A stretch of DNA of 64,000 bases, from NCBI GenBank assembly GCA_038884455.1, contig JAWABU010000003.1, forward strand, positions 1,969 through 65,968, written 5' to 3'. The notes below the pieces were generated by a model. The model was not told the DNA's origin, did no database searches, and saw only the letters and a list, made by a program, of their open reading frames with translations. This DNA is from Thermoplasmatota archaeon (lineage in GTDB: Archaea; Thermoplasmatota; E2; DHVEG-1). Shown piece after piece: positions 21,177 through 30,336 of this stretch. Both the position numbers and the translations under genes were made by a program. How positions within the stretch are numbered: the first letter of the stretch is position 1; each line of letters starts with the position of its first letter.

Positions 21177-22148
21177 ATGTTTCGAAATATTCCAACAATT
21201 CTATCTGCAGAGCAACTGCTAGATCAGGCAATTCGGAAAACAAAAAAAATTGTTGTTGCTGATCCAATTCGAAAGTATAAAATCAAAAAGGAGATCATCG
21301 CCCGCACTGATTCTTTTGTTCAGATGATTGCGTCACAGTTAGATAGTTATGTGAAGAATTTTCCGTCTATCGATCGTCTTCATCCATTTTATCAAGAACT
21401 CATTCATATTCGGATTAATACCGATAAACTAAAAAAGTCTCTTGGCGCGATAAGTTGGGCGAGTCGCACCGTTGCTCAAATCTATTCTCAGCAGCAGGGT
21501 TCTTTGAAAAGAACAAATGATCTATTCTTCTTAAAACAAAAACAAAAAGAGATCTATGGACGAATCTCTTCAGTTGTAAAACAAATAGATTTGCATCTTC
21601 TCTTTGTTGCAGGCGCACAAAAAATTATAAAAGATTTTCCTGAACTGTTGGATGTTCCGACGATTGTTATTGCAGGGTATCCAAATGTTGGTAAATCATC
21701 ATTGTTACGTCGATTGTCAAAGGCGACCCCGAAAATCGCTCAGTATCCTTTTACCACGCAGGAAATCCATGTAGGTCATCTTGATCATATTGTACGTTAT
21801 CAAAAGAAAACGTATCAAATCATTGATACACCAGGTCTTCTTGATCGCCCGATGAATCAGAAGAATCCAATTGAAAAGCAGGCGATTGCCGCGCTTAGTC
21901 ATCTTGCAGACATGATCATTTTTATAATCGATCCAACAGATACCTGCGGGTATTCTCTGGATGATCAAAAAAAATTACTCGATCGAATTCAAAAAATGTT
22001 TCATGATGTTCCACTACTTCTCATTGAAAATAAGTCTGATCTTCGAACAACAAGTACTCTTCCTGGTGTGCTCCGAATTTCCTGTAAGACTAATCAAGGA
22101 ATTGAAGTTTTAAAGACAAATATCTTTAAAGTATTAGAACAAGTATAA
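21177..22148 (+). CDS. nog1: NOG1-family GTP-binding protein (archaeal Nog1 homologue), 323 aa.
   Basis: It has G1 (GYPNVGKSSLL), G3 (DTPGLLD) and G4 (ENKSD) motifs, preceded by a NOG1-type N-terminal helical domain. Confidence 0.75.
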   Translation: MFRNIPTILSAEQLLDQAIRKTKKIVVADPIRKYKIKKEIIARTDSFVQMIASQLDSYVKNFPSIDRLHPFYQELIHIRINTDKLKKSLGAISWASRTVAQIYSQQQGSLKRTNDLFFLKQKQKEIYGRISSVVKQIDLHLLFVAGAQKIIKDFPELLDVPTIVIAGYPNVGKSSLLRRLSKATPKIAQYPFTTQEIHVGHLDHIVRYQKKTYQIIDTPGLLDRPMNQKNPIEKQAIAALSHLADMIIFIIDPTDTCGYSLDDQKKLLDRIQKMFHDVPLLLIENKSDLRTTSTLPGVLRISCKTNQGIEVLKTNIFKVLEQV

Positions 22149-22430
22149 CCGGATGTCTACCTGCATATATATGTATAATATTATGTGCGAAAAATGCTCT
22201 TAAAAGCATATCTTATTCTGTATATTAGGAAGAGAAGAAAACAACTTATTCCCTTTTTCGAATAACCCCCTCTTTTCCCCCCTCTATTCTTCCCTTCCTA
22301 TTATTCTGAAAATAATACAACGACACTACAGATATTTTTTGTTATCTTAATTTTTTCAAAAACGCATATATTTTTTTCAGAAAAAAGATTTATCCGGGAA
22401 AGATCCCTATTAAAAAAGAATAAAAAGTTT

Positions 22431-22793
22431 TTATCGGCGGGTTTTGATTGTTTGCATAATTTCTTTACCAAACTCAGTGATACCATATAGGCGAATATTT
22501 TTTCCGCCAGTTTTTTCTTGGATCAAATCAAGATTTAAAAGTGATTCTTCTTCTTTGTACCGTGTACCCATTCCCCGTAATGCACCGATAACATTTGATG
22601 GAGAAGCACCAACATGGTATGCTATTTCTGAGGTGTAGCTATAGTTAGGATTTATCTCTAAAAGATATTCAGCGATTTTTTTTCGGATATTGCTCCTGCG
22701 TAATGCTCGAATTGCGAGAGGTCGTTTTAATTCGAGCGAATCAGCTGTATGATTGTCTCCAAGCATCCCATCCACGATCCTTTCAAAAAGCAA
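22431..22793 (-). CDS. Winged-helix transcriptional regulator (ArsR/TrmB/PadR-like), 120 aa.
   Basis: The segment IRKKIAEYLLEINPNYSYTSEIAYHVGASPSNVIGALRGMG has an HTH-plus-wing pattern. TATATAAA lies just upstream of the start. Confidence 0.5.
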   Translation of the reverse strand: MLFERIVDGMLGDNHTADSLELKRPLAIRALRRSNIRKKIAEYLLEINPNYSYTSEIAYHVGASPSNVIGALRGMGTRYKEEESLLNLDLIQEKTGGKNIRLYGITEFGKEIMQTIKTRR

Positions 22794-23022
22794 ATGTACT
22801 ACTGTTTTATATACTATTCTACAGGGAATAACTAGCTACATACGTTATTGGATATTTTCATGCACCATTAGCTGCATAAGCACATAGTAATTCTATAATG
22901 ATTCATATGTTTCAATAGTTGTGTAGGAGTATTCATGTCTGGCTTATACGCATATCAACTTACGTATTATTCAAACTAAGAAAAATTTGTAATTACAGAT
23001 GAACAATGTTCTGATAGAGAAA

Positions 23023-23095
23023 TGCGGGCGCCGGGATTTGAACCCGAGTTTTAAGCTTGGCAAGCTTAAGTGATACCAGACTACACTACACCCGC
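23023..23095 (-). tRNA. tRNA-Gly (anticodon GCC), 73 nt. The 3'-CCA is not encoded.
   Basis: The reverse complement is GCGGGTGTAGTGTAGTCTGGTATCACTTAAGCTTGCCAAGCTTAAAACTCGGGTTCAAATCCCGGCGCCCGCA. It has a 7-bp acceptor stem including one G-U pair. The anticodon loop is TT-GCC-AA. The T-arm is GGG-TTCAAAT-CCC. The 3' end is followed by TT. Confidence 0.85.
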
Positions 23096-23251
23096 TTTAA
23101 AGTATGTGTAAGACCAGAACCTGCAGGTCCTTAAAAAGCATTACTATTTAAATTGAACTTCGATAGTTTTTATTTTTTAGAATATATTTTTGTAGTTTAT
23201 TCTGAGAAAGATATAAATATTAGATTTTTCAATATATTTTTGAGTACGCGT

Positions 23252-24367
23252 ATGAGAGCGATTTCAACTTTTATCATCATATTGATATTTTTTTCATCGT
23301 TTCTTCAATTCTCTACAGTACAAGCGCATCCTCTCCAGTTAAGAATTGATTTTCAAAAAAATTCTTTGCTGCAACAAAAAATAGTACCCAAAATGATACC
23401 GAAGGTTGTTTCTAAAACAAGTACTGACTATGGTTTTAATCCTACTGATATAACATTGTCTGATGATGGTTTCCATAGGTCAGATATGCTTCATTTTATT
23501 GAGTGGTGGTATTTTGATGCAATATTTGAAAATGGGTATAGTGCCCAGATGAGTATCCGTGTTGTTAACGCTTTTGATCTGGGTATTGTTTATTCTCGTC
23601 TAGATATCTATAAACATGGGATTCTTCTATCTCACAATCAAGAATGCTATTTATTTGATATGTTCATTGCTTCATCCTCTCAACCACTCATATATCTCGA
23701 TGGAAAGAAAATAATACAAGGATATATCGATGAAAAAACAGATACATTGATTTTCGATGTGTGTTTTTCATTTTCTCAAGCTTCTGCGGATCTTCGTTTT
23801 ATAGGATTAACAAAGGGATGGAAAGGGCAACTCCCTGGTGGAGATTGGTGGGGTGTTATTCTTCCTCAGGCAGCGGTAACCGGTTCACTAACACTTCACG
23901 ATCAAAGTATTCCCGTGTCTGGTCGTGGGTATCATGATCATAATTGGGAGGTAACCGCTAGTGCAGGGCTGAATTTTGGCTGGTTTTGGGGAAAAATCTC
24001 GAGTAAAAAATATGCGGTGACATGGTCAACGATTCTGTCAACACGATTTATCCGTCAGCCAATTCTTGTTATAAATACACAATGTGGTGGGTATCTCAAT
24101 ATACCATCCCCAGATATTGATTTTGCTGCGCGTAACTATTCTTTTGACAGTGGTTTGTTATTGCCACATAGCTTTTCATTGGTGGTTCATACCAGCGATG
24201 TTGATATGAAAATTGATATCGAGGTTTTATCAGTTCACCATGACCGTATTCTCGCTGTTCTTAATTACTGGAGATATCATGTCAAATGTACTGGGTTTAT
24301 AACAGTACAAGGAATAACCGAACCTGTTGATTCAATTGAGATCGCTGAGTTTTTACGATTTCGATAG
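23252..24367 (+). CDS. Secreted or lipid-anchored AttH/CrtC-like protein (hydroxyneurosporene synthase-like lipocalin fold).
   Basis: It has the EWWYFDA motif typical of AttH/CrtC N-terminal domains. It carries an N-terminal signal peptide (MRAISTFIIILIFFSSFLQFSTVQA). The track ORF begins at a TTG at 23153. The first ATG with a signal peptide is at 23252. Confidence 0.5.
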   Translation: MRAISTFIIILIFFSSFLQFSTVQAHPLQLRIDFQKNSLLQQKIVPKMIPKVVSKTSTDYGFNPTDITLSDDGFHRSDMLHFIEWWYFDAIFENGYSAQMSIRVVNAFDLGIVYSRLDIYKHGILLSHNQECYLFDMFIASSSQPLIYLDGKKIIQGYIDEKTDTLIFDVCFSFSQASADLRFIGLTKGWKGQLPGGDWWGVILPQAAVTGSLTLHDQSIPVSGRGYHDHNWEVTASAGLNFGWFWGKISSKKYAVTWSTILSTRFIRQPILVINTQCGGYLNIPSPDIDFAARNYSFDSGLLLPHSFSLVVHTSDVDMKIDIEVLSVHHDRILAVLNYWRYHVKCTGFITVQGITEPVDSIEIAEFLRFR

Positions 24368-24449
24368 GTATATAGGTTCTTTTGGTATCTTTTCTCCAGA
24401 TACCAAATATTTTTATGATACTTATTGATTATCCCCCTCTTGCGATTGG

Positions 24450-24713
24450 GTGATTTCGATGTCAACTGATACGAAAATAGATCAAATCTGTGATGGACTT
24501 ACTATGATTAGTGAAGATAACTCAATCCCAAGGAATATTCGGCGGGGTGCAGAAGAAGTTAAACAAATTTTACTGCAGAAAGGACCGCCCATTGATCTCC
24601 GTGTAGCTACTGCGACCTCTCGACTTGATGAGTTGGCAAATGATCCAAATATCCCTCTCCATGGCCGTACACTTATTTGGAATATCATGAGTCGATTAGA
24701 GGAATTAGCATAA
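24450..24713 (+). CDS. Small conserved archaeal protein of 87 aa (UPF0147-like).
   Basis: The pattern IPRNIRRGAEEVKQIL ... LDELANDPNIPLHGRTLIWNIMSRLE matches, from memory, the small archaeal UPF0147 family. No search was run. Confidence 0.4.
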   Translation: MISMSTDTKIDQICDGLTMISEDNSIPRNIRRGAEEVKQILLQKGPPIDLRVATATSRLDELANDPNIPLHGRTLIWNIMSRLEELA

Positions 24714-24745
24714 TTTTTTTACCATTGACTGTAGAATAAGAAGAG

Positions 24746-25627
24746 TTGGATGATATGATTCGTATTGGCCAAGCCGGTATACCTCTCTCATGTAAAGGCA
24801 GGACAAATAAAGATGGTATTGTTTATACGCATAAAAGCCTTGATCTAAATGCTATCGAAATTCAATTTGTCCGTGGACTATATGTTATGTCTGATGAAGA
24901 GGCACAATTTATTAAAGACTATGCAAAAGAAAACGATATTGAAGTGCATGTACATGCACCGTATTACATTAATCTTGCTGGCGATGACGAAGAGCTTGAA
25001 ATGAGTTTTGAAAAAATCATGAAAGCCGCTGAGATGGCTGAAAAAATAGGTGCAAAAACTGTTATTATTCATCCTGGTTTTTATGGAGATGAAAACCCAA
25101 AAAAGACGTTAAAAACAATCATAAAAAATTCGAAGAAAATCGTAGGAATGTTTAAGAAAAAGAAAATGAAAGTTCGTCTTGGTTTAGAAACTATGGGGAA
25201 GCAAAAAGTCTTCGGTTCTCTTGATGAAGTTATTGAAGTTTGTAAAAATGTTAAAGAAGTTATTCCAATCATTGATCTCGGCCATATTCATGCTCGTGGT
25301 AATGGATGTTTAAAAGAAAAAGAGGATTTTGAACAAATTTTTACAAAATTAAAACCACTCAGATTACGTCATTATATCATTCACATTACAGGAGTTTTAC
25401 ATGAAAATGGTAACGAATTTTATCATATTCCAATAAAAAAAGGAGATATGCCGATCGCACCGTTAGTTGATGTAATTTTAGATCATAATTATAATGTTAC
25501 CTTAATTTCTGAATCTCCATTGCTTGAACATGATGCTGTGTATATTCGTCTTCAGGTTGAAAAAGCGATCATGAAACGAACTGGGAAAGAACAAGCGTAT
25601 TATAAGGATCTCTCTGAAGTTGTATGA
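24746..25627 (+). CDS. nfo: AP endonuclease family 2 (endonuclease IV-like) / xylose-isomerase-like TIM-barrel protein.
   Basis: HAPYYINLA (cf. Nfo HxSYLINL), IIHPG, LETMG (cf. ENTAG), IDLGHIH (cf. DTCHAF) and ISESP are in Endo IV order and spacing. Confidence 0.55.
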   Translation: MDDMIRIGQAGIPLSCKGRTNKDGIVYTHKSLDLNAIEIQFVRGLYVMSDEEAQFIKDYAKENDIEVHVHAPYYINLAGDDEELEMSFEKIMKAAEMAEKIGAKTVIIHPGFYGDENPKKTLKTIIKNSKKIVGMFKKKKMKVRLGLETMGKQKVFGSLDEVIEVCKNVKEVIPIIDLGHIHARGNGCLKEKEDFEQIFTKLKPLRLRHYIIHITGVLHENGNEFYHIPIKKGDMPIAPLVDVILDHNYNVTLISESPLLEHDAVYIRLQVEKAIMKRTGKEQAYYKDLSEVV

Positions 25628-26190
25628 ATCAGGATGCCGTATTTCATGAATCGGTCAGATTTATTGAAAAGAAAATTCAACATATACTTGAAAAAATTTC
25701 ACAACATGAGATTGATTCAGTTATCTGTTTATTTTTCAAAGCAAAACGAATTTTTGTTTACGGTGCTGGGCGTTCCGGTTTAGTTGCAAAAGCTTTTGCT
25801 ATTCGTTTAGTTCATCTTGGTTTTCAAACCTTTGTGATTGGCGAAACAATCGGTGCACCGGTAAAAAAAGGTGATCTGGTTTGTATTATTTCAGGATCTG
25901 GAGAGACAATCCCTGCAGTGATGACCGCAGAAATAACGAAAAATATTGGTGCAAAACTTGTTGTTTTTACGGGAAATCAAAGCTCACGTATCACCAAATT
26001 TGCCGATATTTCTCTTATTTTGTCAACTGAATGTAATGATCATGAACGAAAGAATTTTGCCCCGTTAGGAACCTTATTCGAAGCGAGTGCATGGATTTTA
26101 CTTGATGGCATTATCTCTGAATTGATGCATAAAAAGAGAGAAACCGAGGAAACTATGCGTTCTCGACATGCTACTCTAGAACTTCCATGA
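25624..26190 (+). CDS. SIS-domain protein, probably 6-phospho-3-hexuloisomerase (PHI).
   Basis: It has the SIS motif VYGAGRSGLVAKAFAIRL ... GDLVCIISGSGET. A length of about 188 aa is typical for PHI. It overlaps the previous gene by 4 nt. Confidence 0.55.
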   Translation: MNQDAVFHESVRFIEKKIQHILEKISQHEIDSVICLFFKAKRIFVYGAGRSGLVAKAFAIRLVHLGFQTFVIGETIGAPVKKGDLVCIISGSGETIPAVMTAEITKNIGAKLVVFTGNQSSRITKFADISLILSTECNDHERKNFAPLGTLFEASAWILLDGIISELMHKKRETEETMRSRHATLELP

Positions 26191-26293
26191 AACAATAATG
26201 CTATTGTCCCAAATATATTTTTTGAGAAAATGAATATCTCTTGCATGATATGTCGTGTGATTGCAAGCTTCCAATATATTTTTATAATGAATT

Positions 26294-28093
26294 TTGTCTA
26301 CCGCTTTTCAAAAGAGGCATCTTACAATGAGTTCCGTTTCAACGTACACCCGACAACCGATAGTCAGTGTTCTTGGTCATGTCGATCATGGCAAGACAAG
26401 TTTACTTGATTATATCCGTGGCTCAACAGTTGCAGCTCGTGAGGCTGGTGCAATCACCCAGCATATCGGTGCCACCGAAGTTCCTATTGATGCGATATAT
26501 AACGTCTGTGGTAGTTTGTTAAGTAATAAGAAGTTTATTGTTCCGGGTTTGTTGTTTATTGATACTCCAGGTCATCATGCATTTACTACTCTGCGATCTC
26601 GAGGAGGATCTCTTGCAGATATTGCCGTTCTTGTCATCGATATTCAGGAGGGATTCAGACCACAAACCCATGAATCGATAAGTATACTTCGTCAATACAA
26701 AACTCCGTTTATTATTGCAGCAAATAAGATTGATGCGCTTTCAGGTTGGCAAACGTTAGAGGGCGATGCGAAATCTCGTCTGGAAAATCAACGGGTGCCG
26801 ACAAAATCATTATTTGATGAAAAGCTGTATGAACTCATTGGAACAATGTACGATAAAGGGTTTAAATCAGATTTATATTTTAATGTGACTGATTTTCGAA
26901 AAACAATCCCGATCATTCCTGTTTCTGCTAAAACCGGTGAGGGAATTCCAGAGTTACTCATGATCCTCGTTGGTCTTGCTCAGCGTTTTTTAGAAGCAGA
27001 TCTTACTACCGATGAGAGCGGCGCAGGCAAGGGAACAGTTCTTGAAGTCAAAGAAGATGTTGGTCTTGGAACAACGATTGATGCGATTATTTACAGTGGT
27101 CGGATTACAAAAGATGATACTATTGTTGTTGGTACATCGACTGAGCCAAAAGTAACAAAGATTAAAGCGTTGTTGAAACCAAAACCACTTGATGAAATCC
27201 GTGATCCTCGTGAACGTTTTGATAGTGTAAAAGAGGTTCATGCTGCTTGTGGTATTAAAATTTCTGCGCCTCATCTTGATACGGTTATTCCTGGTGCTCC
27301 ACTTCGTGTTGTTCGCGATAATCTGCAGGAGTTGATCGATGAAATAAAAAGTCAGACTGCTGTAAATATTACGTTGGATAAGCAGGGTATTCTTGTCAAA
27401 GCTGATGCGATTGGTTCACTTGAAGCTATTGTTAAGGAATCTCAGGAGAAAGGGATTTTCATCCGAAAAGCAGAAATCGGGAATGTATCAAAACGAGATA
27501 TTGTCGAGGTTGCTTCGCTCACAGATCCGCTGGAACGGGTGATTTTTTGTTTTAATGTCAAGATTCTTCCCGAGGCAAAGGAGGAAATTGGACATACTGA
27601 TGTAACTATTCTTGAATCTGATGTAATCTATACAATTATTGAGAATTACGAGATATGGCTTGAGAAGAAAAAAGCTGAAATCGACAAGGCACGCAGACAG
27701 GATTATGTTCATCCCGGAATGATTAAGTTTCTCCCGGAATATGTTTTTCGATTGAGCCATCCTGCGATTTTTGGGGTTCGTGTTCTCGCTGGTCGAATCA
27801 AGGTTGACATGCGGCTGATGAAAGATGATGGAAAAATCATCGGTTCGATTAAAGGAATACAATCGGACAATAAACCAGTTCAAGAAGCGTTGCAAGGTCA
27901 GGAGGTTGCAATTTCAATTGATGGGGTCACTATTGGACGGCAAATAAAAGGCGGTGACATTCTTTTTACTGATATCCCTGAGGTTGATGCAAAAAAACTC
28001 AAGGAGCTCGAAGTGTTGACTAGTGATGAGAAAGATGTTTTACAAAAAATCATTGATATCAAGAGGAAAGAAAATAAATTTTGGGGTATGTAA
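26294..28093 (+). CDS. infB: Translation initiation factor aIF5B (IF-2), 599 aa.
   Basis: G1 is GHVDHGKTSLLD, G3 is DTPGH and G4 is NKID. The domain length is typical of aIF5B. There is no intein. Confidence 0.9.
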   Translation: MSTAFQKRHLTMSSVSTYTRQPIVSVLGHVDHGKTSLLDYIRGSTVAAREAGAITQHIGATEVPIDAIYNVCGSLLSNKKFIVPGLLFIDTPGHHAFTTLRSRGGSLADIAVLVIDIQEGFRPQTHESISILRQYKTPFIIAANKIDALSGWQTLEGDAKSRLENQRVPTKSLFDEKLYELIGTMYDKGFKSDLYFNVTDFRKTIPIIPVSAKTGEGIPELLMILVGLAQRFLEADLTTDESGAGKGTVLEVKEDVGLGTTIDAIIYSGRITKDDTIVVGTSTEPKVTKIKALLKPKPLDEIRDPRERFDSVKEVHAACGIKISAPHLDTVIPGAPLRVVRDNLQELIDEIKSQTAVNITLDKQGILVKADAIGSLEAIVKESQEKGIFIRKAEIGNVSKRDIVEVASLTDPLERVIFCFNVKILPEAKEEIGHTDVTILESDVIYTIIENYEIWLEKKKAEIDKARRQDYVHPGMIKFLPEYVFRLSHPAIFGVRVLAGRIKVDMRLMKDDGKIIGSIKGIQSDNKPVQEALQGQEVAISIDGVTIGRQIKGGDILFTDIPEVDAKKLKELEVLTSDEKDVLQKIIDIKRKENKFWGM

Positions 28094-28128
28094 TTTTTTT
28101 CTGAGTATCTTTGGTTATAGATATTTTT

Positions 28129-28806
28129 TTAAATGAGCTGTATCACTCCTGTGTAGAGCAGGATCATAAAGAGAATTGTGAGTAATGAACCGATTGCGAC
28201 AATAGTAAAGGTTTGTTTACTGGGAAATCCCAATCCGGTCCCAATGATTGTTGTTGACATGGCACCAGTTCCCTGGAATGGTATAAACATAAAAATAAGT
28301 AAAGCAAGTGGGAGAAGCGTACCATATCTTCGTGCTTTGATTGCCTCGGTTTTTTGATGGAGTTGATCATACCACTTTTTCAGTGAAATATGTGTTTTGT
28401 AGAGGTGAGGTTTGCGTCGTCGAATTCCAATGAATGGAAACGCAGGGATATGTTTGATGAGAAGTTCTATGATCCACCAGTTTGTAATGATGATGATACT
28501 GACAAGAAGATCAAATACCCAGAGTGTTACCGCCCAGTAATGTGCTGGGATGCCTTGGCTTAATCCAAGTGGTATCACTGTTTCTTTTCCAGCGGGCGGT
28601 ATGAAGTATGCAAGCGATAATGCTGAATACCATGTTTGTTGATGAGGAGGCAATTGGTTGAAAATAAGAATAAAAACTAATGCTCCAATTCCAACAAGGA
28701 TACTAAAAAAACTATATTGAATGATGTGTTTTTTTCCTGATTCTGAAAGAGTATATCTTTTTTGGTTGTTTGGTTTCAGAGTTTTCTTTTTTTCTGCGTC
28801 GTTCAT
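28129..28806 (-). CDS. Integral membrane protein with about 6 TM helices, possibly related to a small multidrug-export family.
   Basis: It has hydrophobic helices and an FIPFQGTGAMSTTIIGTGLGF segment. It lies 111 nt downstream of mbhM on the same strand. Confidence 0.4.
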   Translation of the reverse strand: MNDAEKKKTLKPNNQKRYTLSESGKKHIIQYSFFSILVGIGALVFILIFNQLPPHQQTWYSALSLAYFIPPAGKETVIPLGLSQGIPAHYWAVTLWVFDLLVSIIIITNWWIIELLIKHIPAFPFIGIRRRKPHLYKTHISLKKWYDQLHQKTEAIKARRYGTLLPLALLIFMFIPFQGTGAMSTTIIGTGLGFPSKQTFTIVAIGSLLTILFMILLYTGVIQLI

Positions 28807-28917
28807 TTTTCAATCCTGCGCTCTTTTGTTTTTATGGTGTAGAGTTGTTGGTCAGCAGCAACGCTCGAAAATGTCTCTTGTTTTTTTTGTCTGAAGAAAC
28901 TTATTTGTAGGTTATTT

Positions 28918-29976
28918 TTATGTAATGAAATATTGAATAAGTGGTTTTAATCCAAACCATTGCAGGATGTTTTGATCCCACATCACTAAGATTAAACCAA
29001 TTAAACTCAGGAGAGTGAACCATACCCAGTAGGTGGAAACGATTTGATCAATTTTTAATCGAGCAATTGCTACTCGGATCAGCGTTACTGAAAAGAGAAC
29101 TACCAGCAGGATTTTTACCAGATAAAAAAGAAAATCAAGGAGGTATCCAGGGATTGTCCCAGTAATACTGTGAAAGATCTCAAGTTGAGTGAGGTTATAG
29201 GGGAAAAATAGGGCAACGATAAGAGATGCCATAACCATAGTTTTTACTCCATCAGTAAGATAGAATAAACCGAGGTTTCGACCTGAGTATTCAGCGAGGA
29301 GCCCACCAGCAATTTCAGTTTCTGCTTCAGATGCATCAAAAGGTATTTTTGACAGCTCAGCAGGTGTGACAATAACGAGGGTGACGAGCATGATGATACA
29401 ACCGATAAAGCCAATTGGTCCAACCGTGTTCCAGATTGGATTTGTTGTGATTGTCGTCAGTGCAAACGGCGTGGTCATTGTTCGAAGGTTCCACGCAAAT
29501 CCAATTATGATGATTGCAAGGGGAAACTCGTAAGCGATCATTGTTGCCATTTCACGTTGTGCACCAACAACAGCGTAGGGTGAACCAGAGGAGAAACCGC
29601 CGATCACCATGGCAAGCGACGGAAGAATGAGTAGATATAGGATGAGGATGAGATCACCGGTTGTCGAAAGAACCGCAGGAAAACCTCCAATCGGGATATA
29701 TAACAATATGGTAATAGTTGCAACCAGACCTGCAAGTGGCGCGAGGTGAAACAGCCAAGGGATTGCATCATTTGGAACTATGTTTTCTTTGACAAACAGT
29801 TTTCTAACATCTCTAAATGGTTGGCGTAGGGGTGGGCCGATCCTTCCTTGCATGCGGGCAGAGAGTTTCCGGTCAATACCTTTGTACAGTAAACCAAATA
29901 TGATGCCAAAACCACCGATGAGCAAGGCACTAATAATGAGACGTGCAGCGAATTCTATCGATTGCACTGCATTCAT
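28918..29976 (-). CDS. mbhM: NuoH/ND1-like membrane subunit of an energy-converting hydrogenase (MbhM-like).
   Basis: It has the NuoH signature MQGRIGPPLRQPFRDVRKLFVKE and 8 TM helices. Confidence 0.7.
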   Translation of the reverse strand: MNAVQSIEFAARLIISALLIGGFGIIFGLLYKGIDRKLSARMQGRIGPPLRQPFRDVRKLFVKENIVPNDAIPWLFHLAPLAGLVATITILLYIPIGGFPAVLSTTGDLILILYLLILPSLAMVIGGFSSGSPYAVVGAQREMATMIAYEFPLAIIIIGFAWNLRTMTTPFALTTITTNPIWNTVGPIGFIGCIIMLVTLVIVTPAELSKIPFDASEAETEIAGGLLAEYSGRNLGLFYLTDGVKTMVMASLIVALFFPYNLTQLEIFHSITGTIPGYLLDFLFYLVKILLVVLFSVTLIRVAIARLKIDQIVSTYWVWFTLLSLIGLILVMWDQNILQWFGLKPLIQYFIT

Positions 29977-30333
29977 TTAGATCACCTCAAGAATAACAAA
30001 AAGAACCGCAAGGATTATGGTAAACCAGATGACGTAATCACGAGCATCACCAGTATGTATTTTTGTTACAACTGTATAGACTGAACGCATGCTATGGATA
30101 AAACCCCAGTAGAGATTACTCGCAGTCACATGGGTTTGATCTGAGGAATACTCAATGTTTCCTGAGAGAAAAGGTTGTTCTTGATCAGTATTTTTTTTGT
30201 AGTCTTTTCTCCCAAACATTCGAAGAACATAGATCAACAGGAAGATAAAAACAAATGCGAGAATCCAAAGAATCGGATGCCAAAAACCGCTTCCGGTGGA
30301 AAATTTTTCAAGGAGTGATTCTACAAGGTTCAT
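29977..30333 (-). CDS. Small membrane subunit (MbhI-like).
   Basis: A 118-aa hydrophobic protein inside the cluster. Confidence 0.4.
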   Translation of the reverse strand: MNLVESLLEKFSTGSGFWHPILWILAFVFIFLLIYVLRMFGRKDYKKNTDQEQPFLSGNIEYSSDQTHVTASNLYWGFIHSMRSVYTVVTKIHTGDARDYVIWFTIILAVLFVILEVI

Positions 30334-30336
30334 TGT

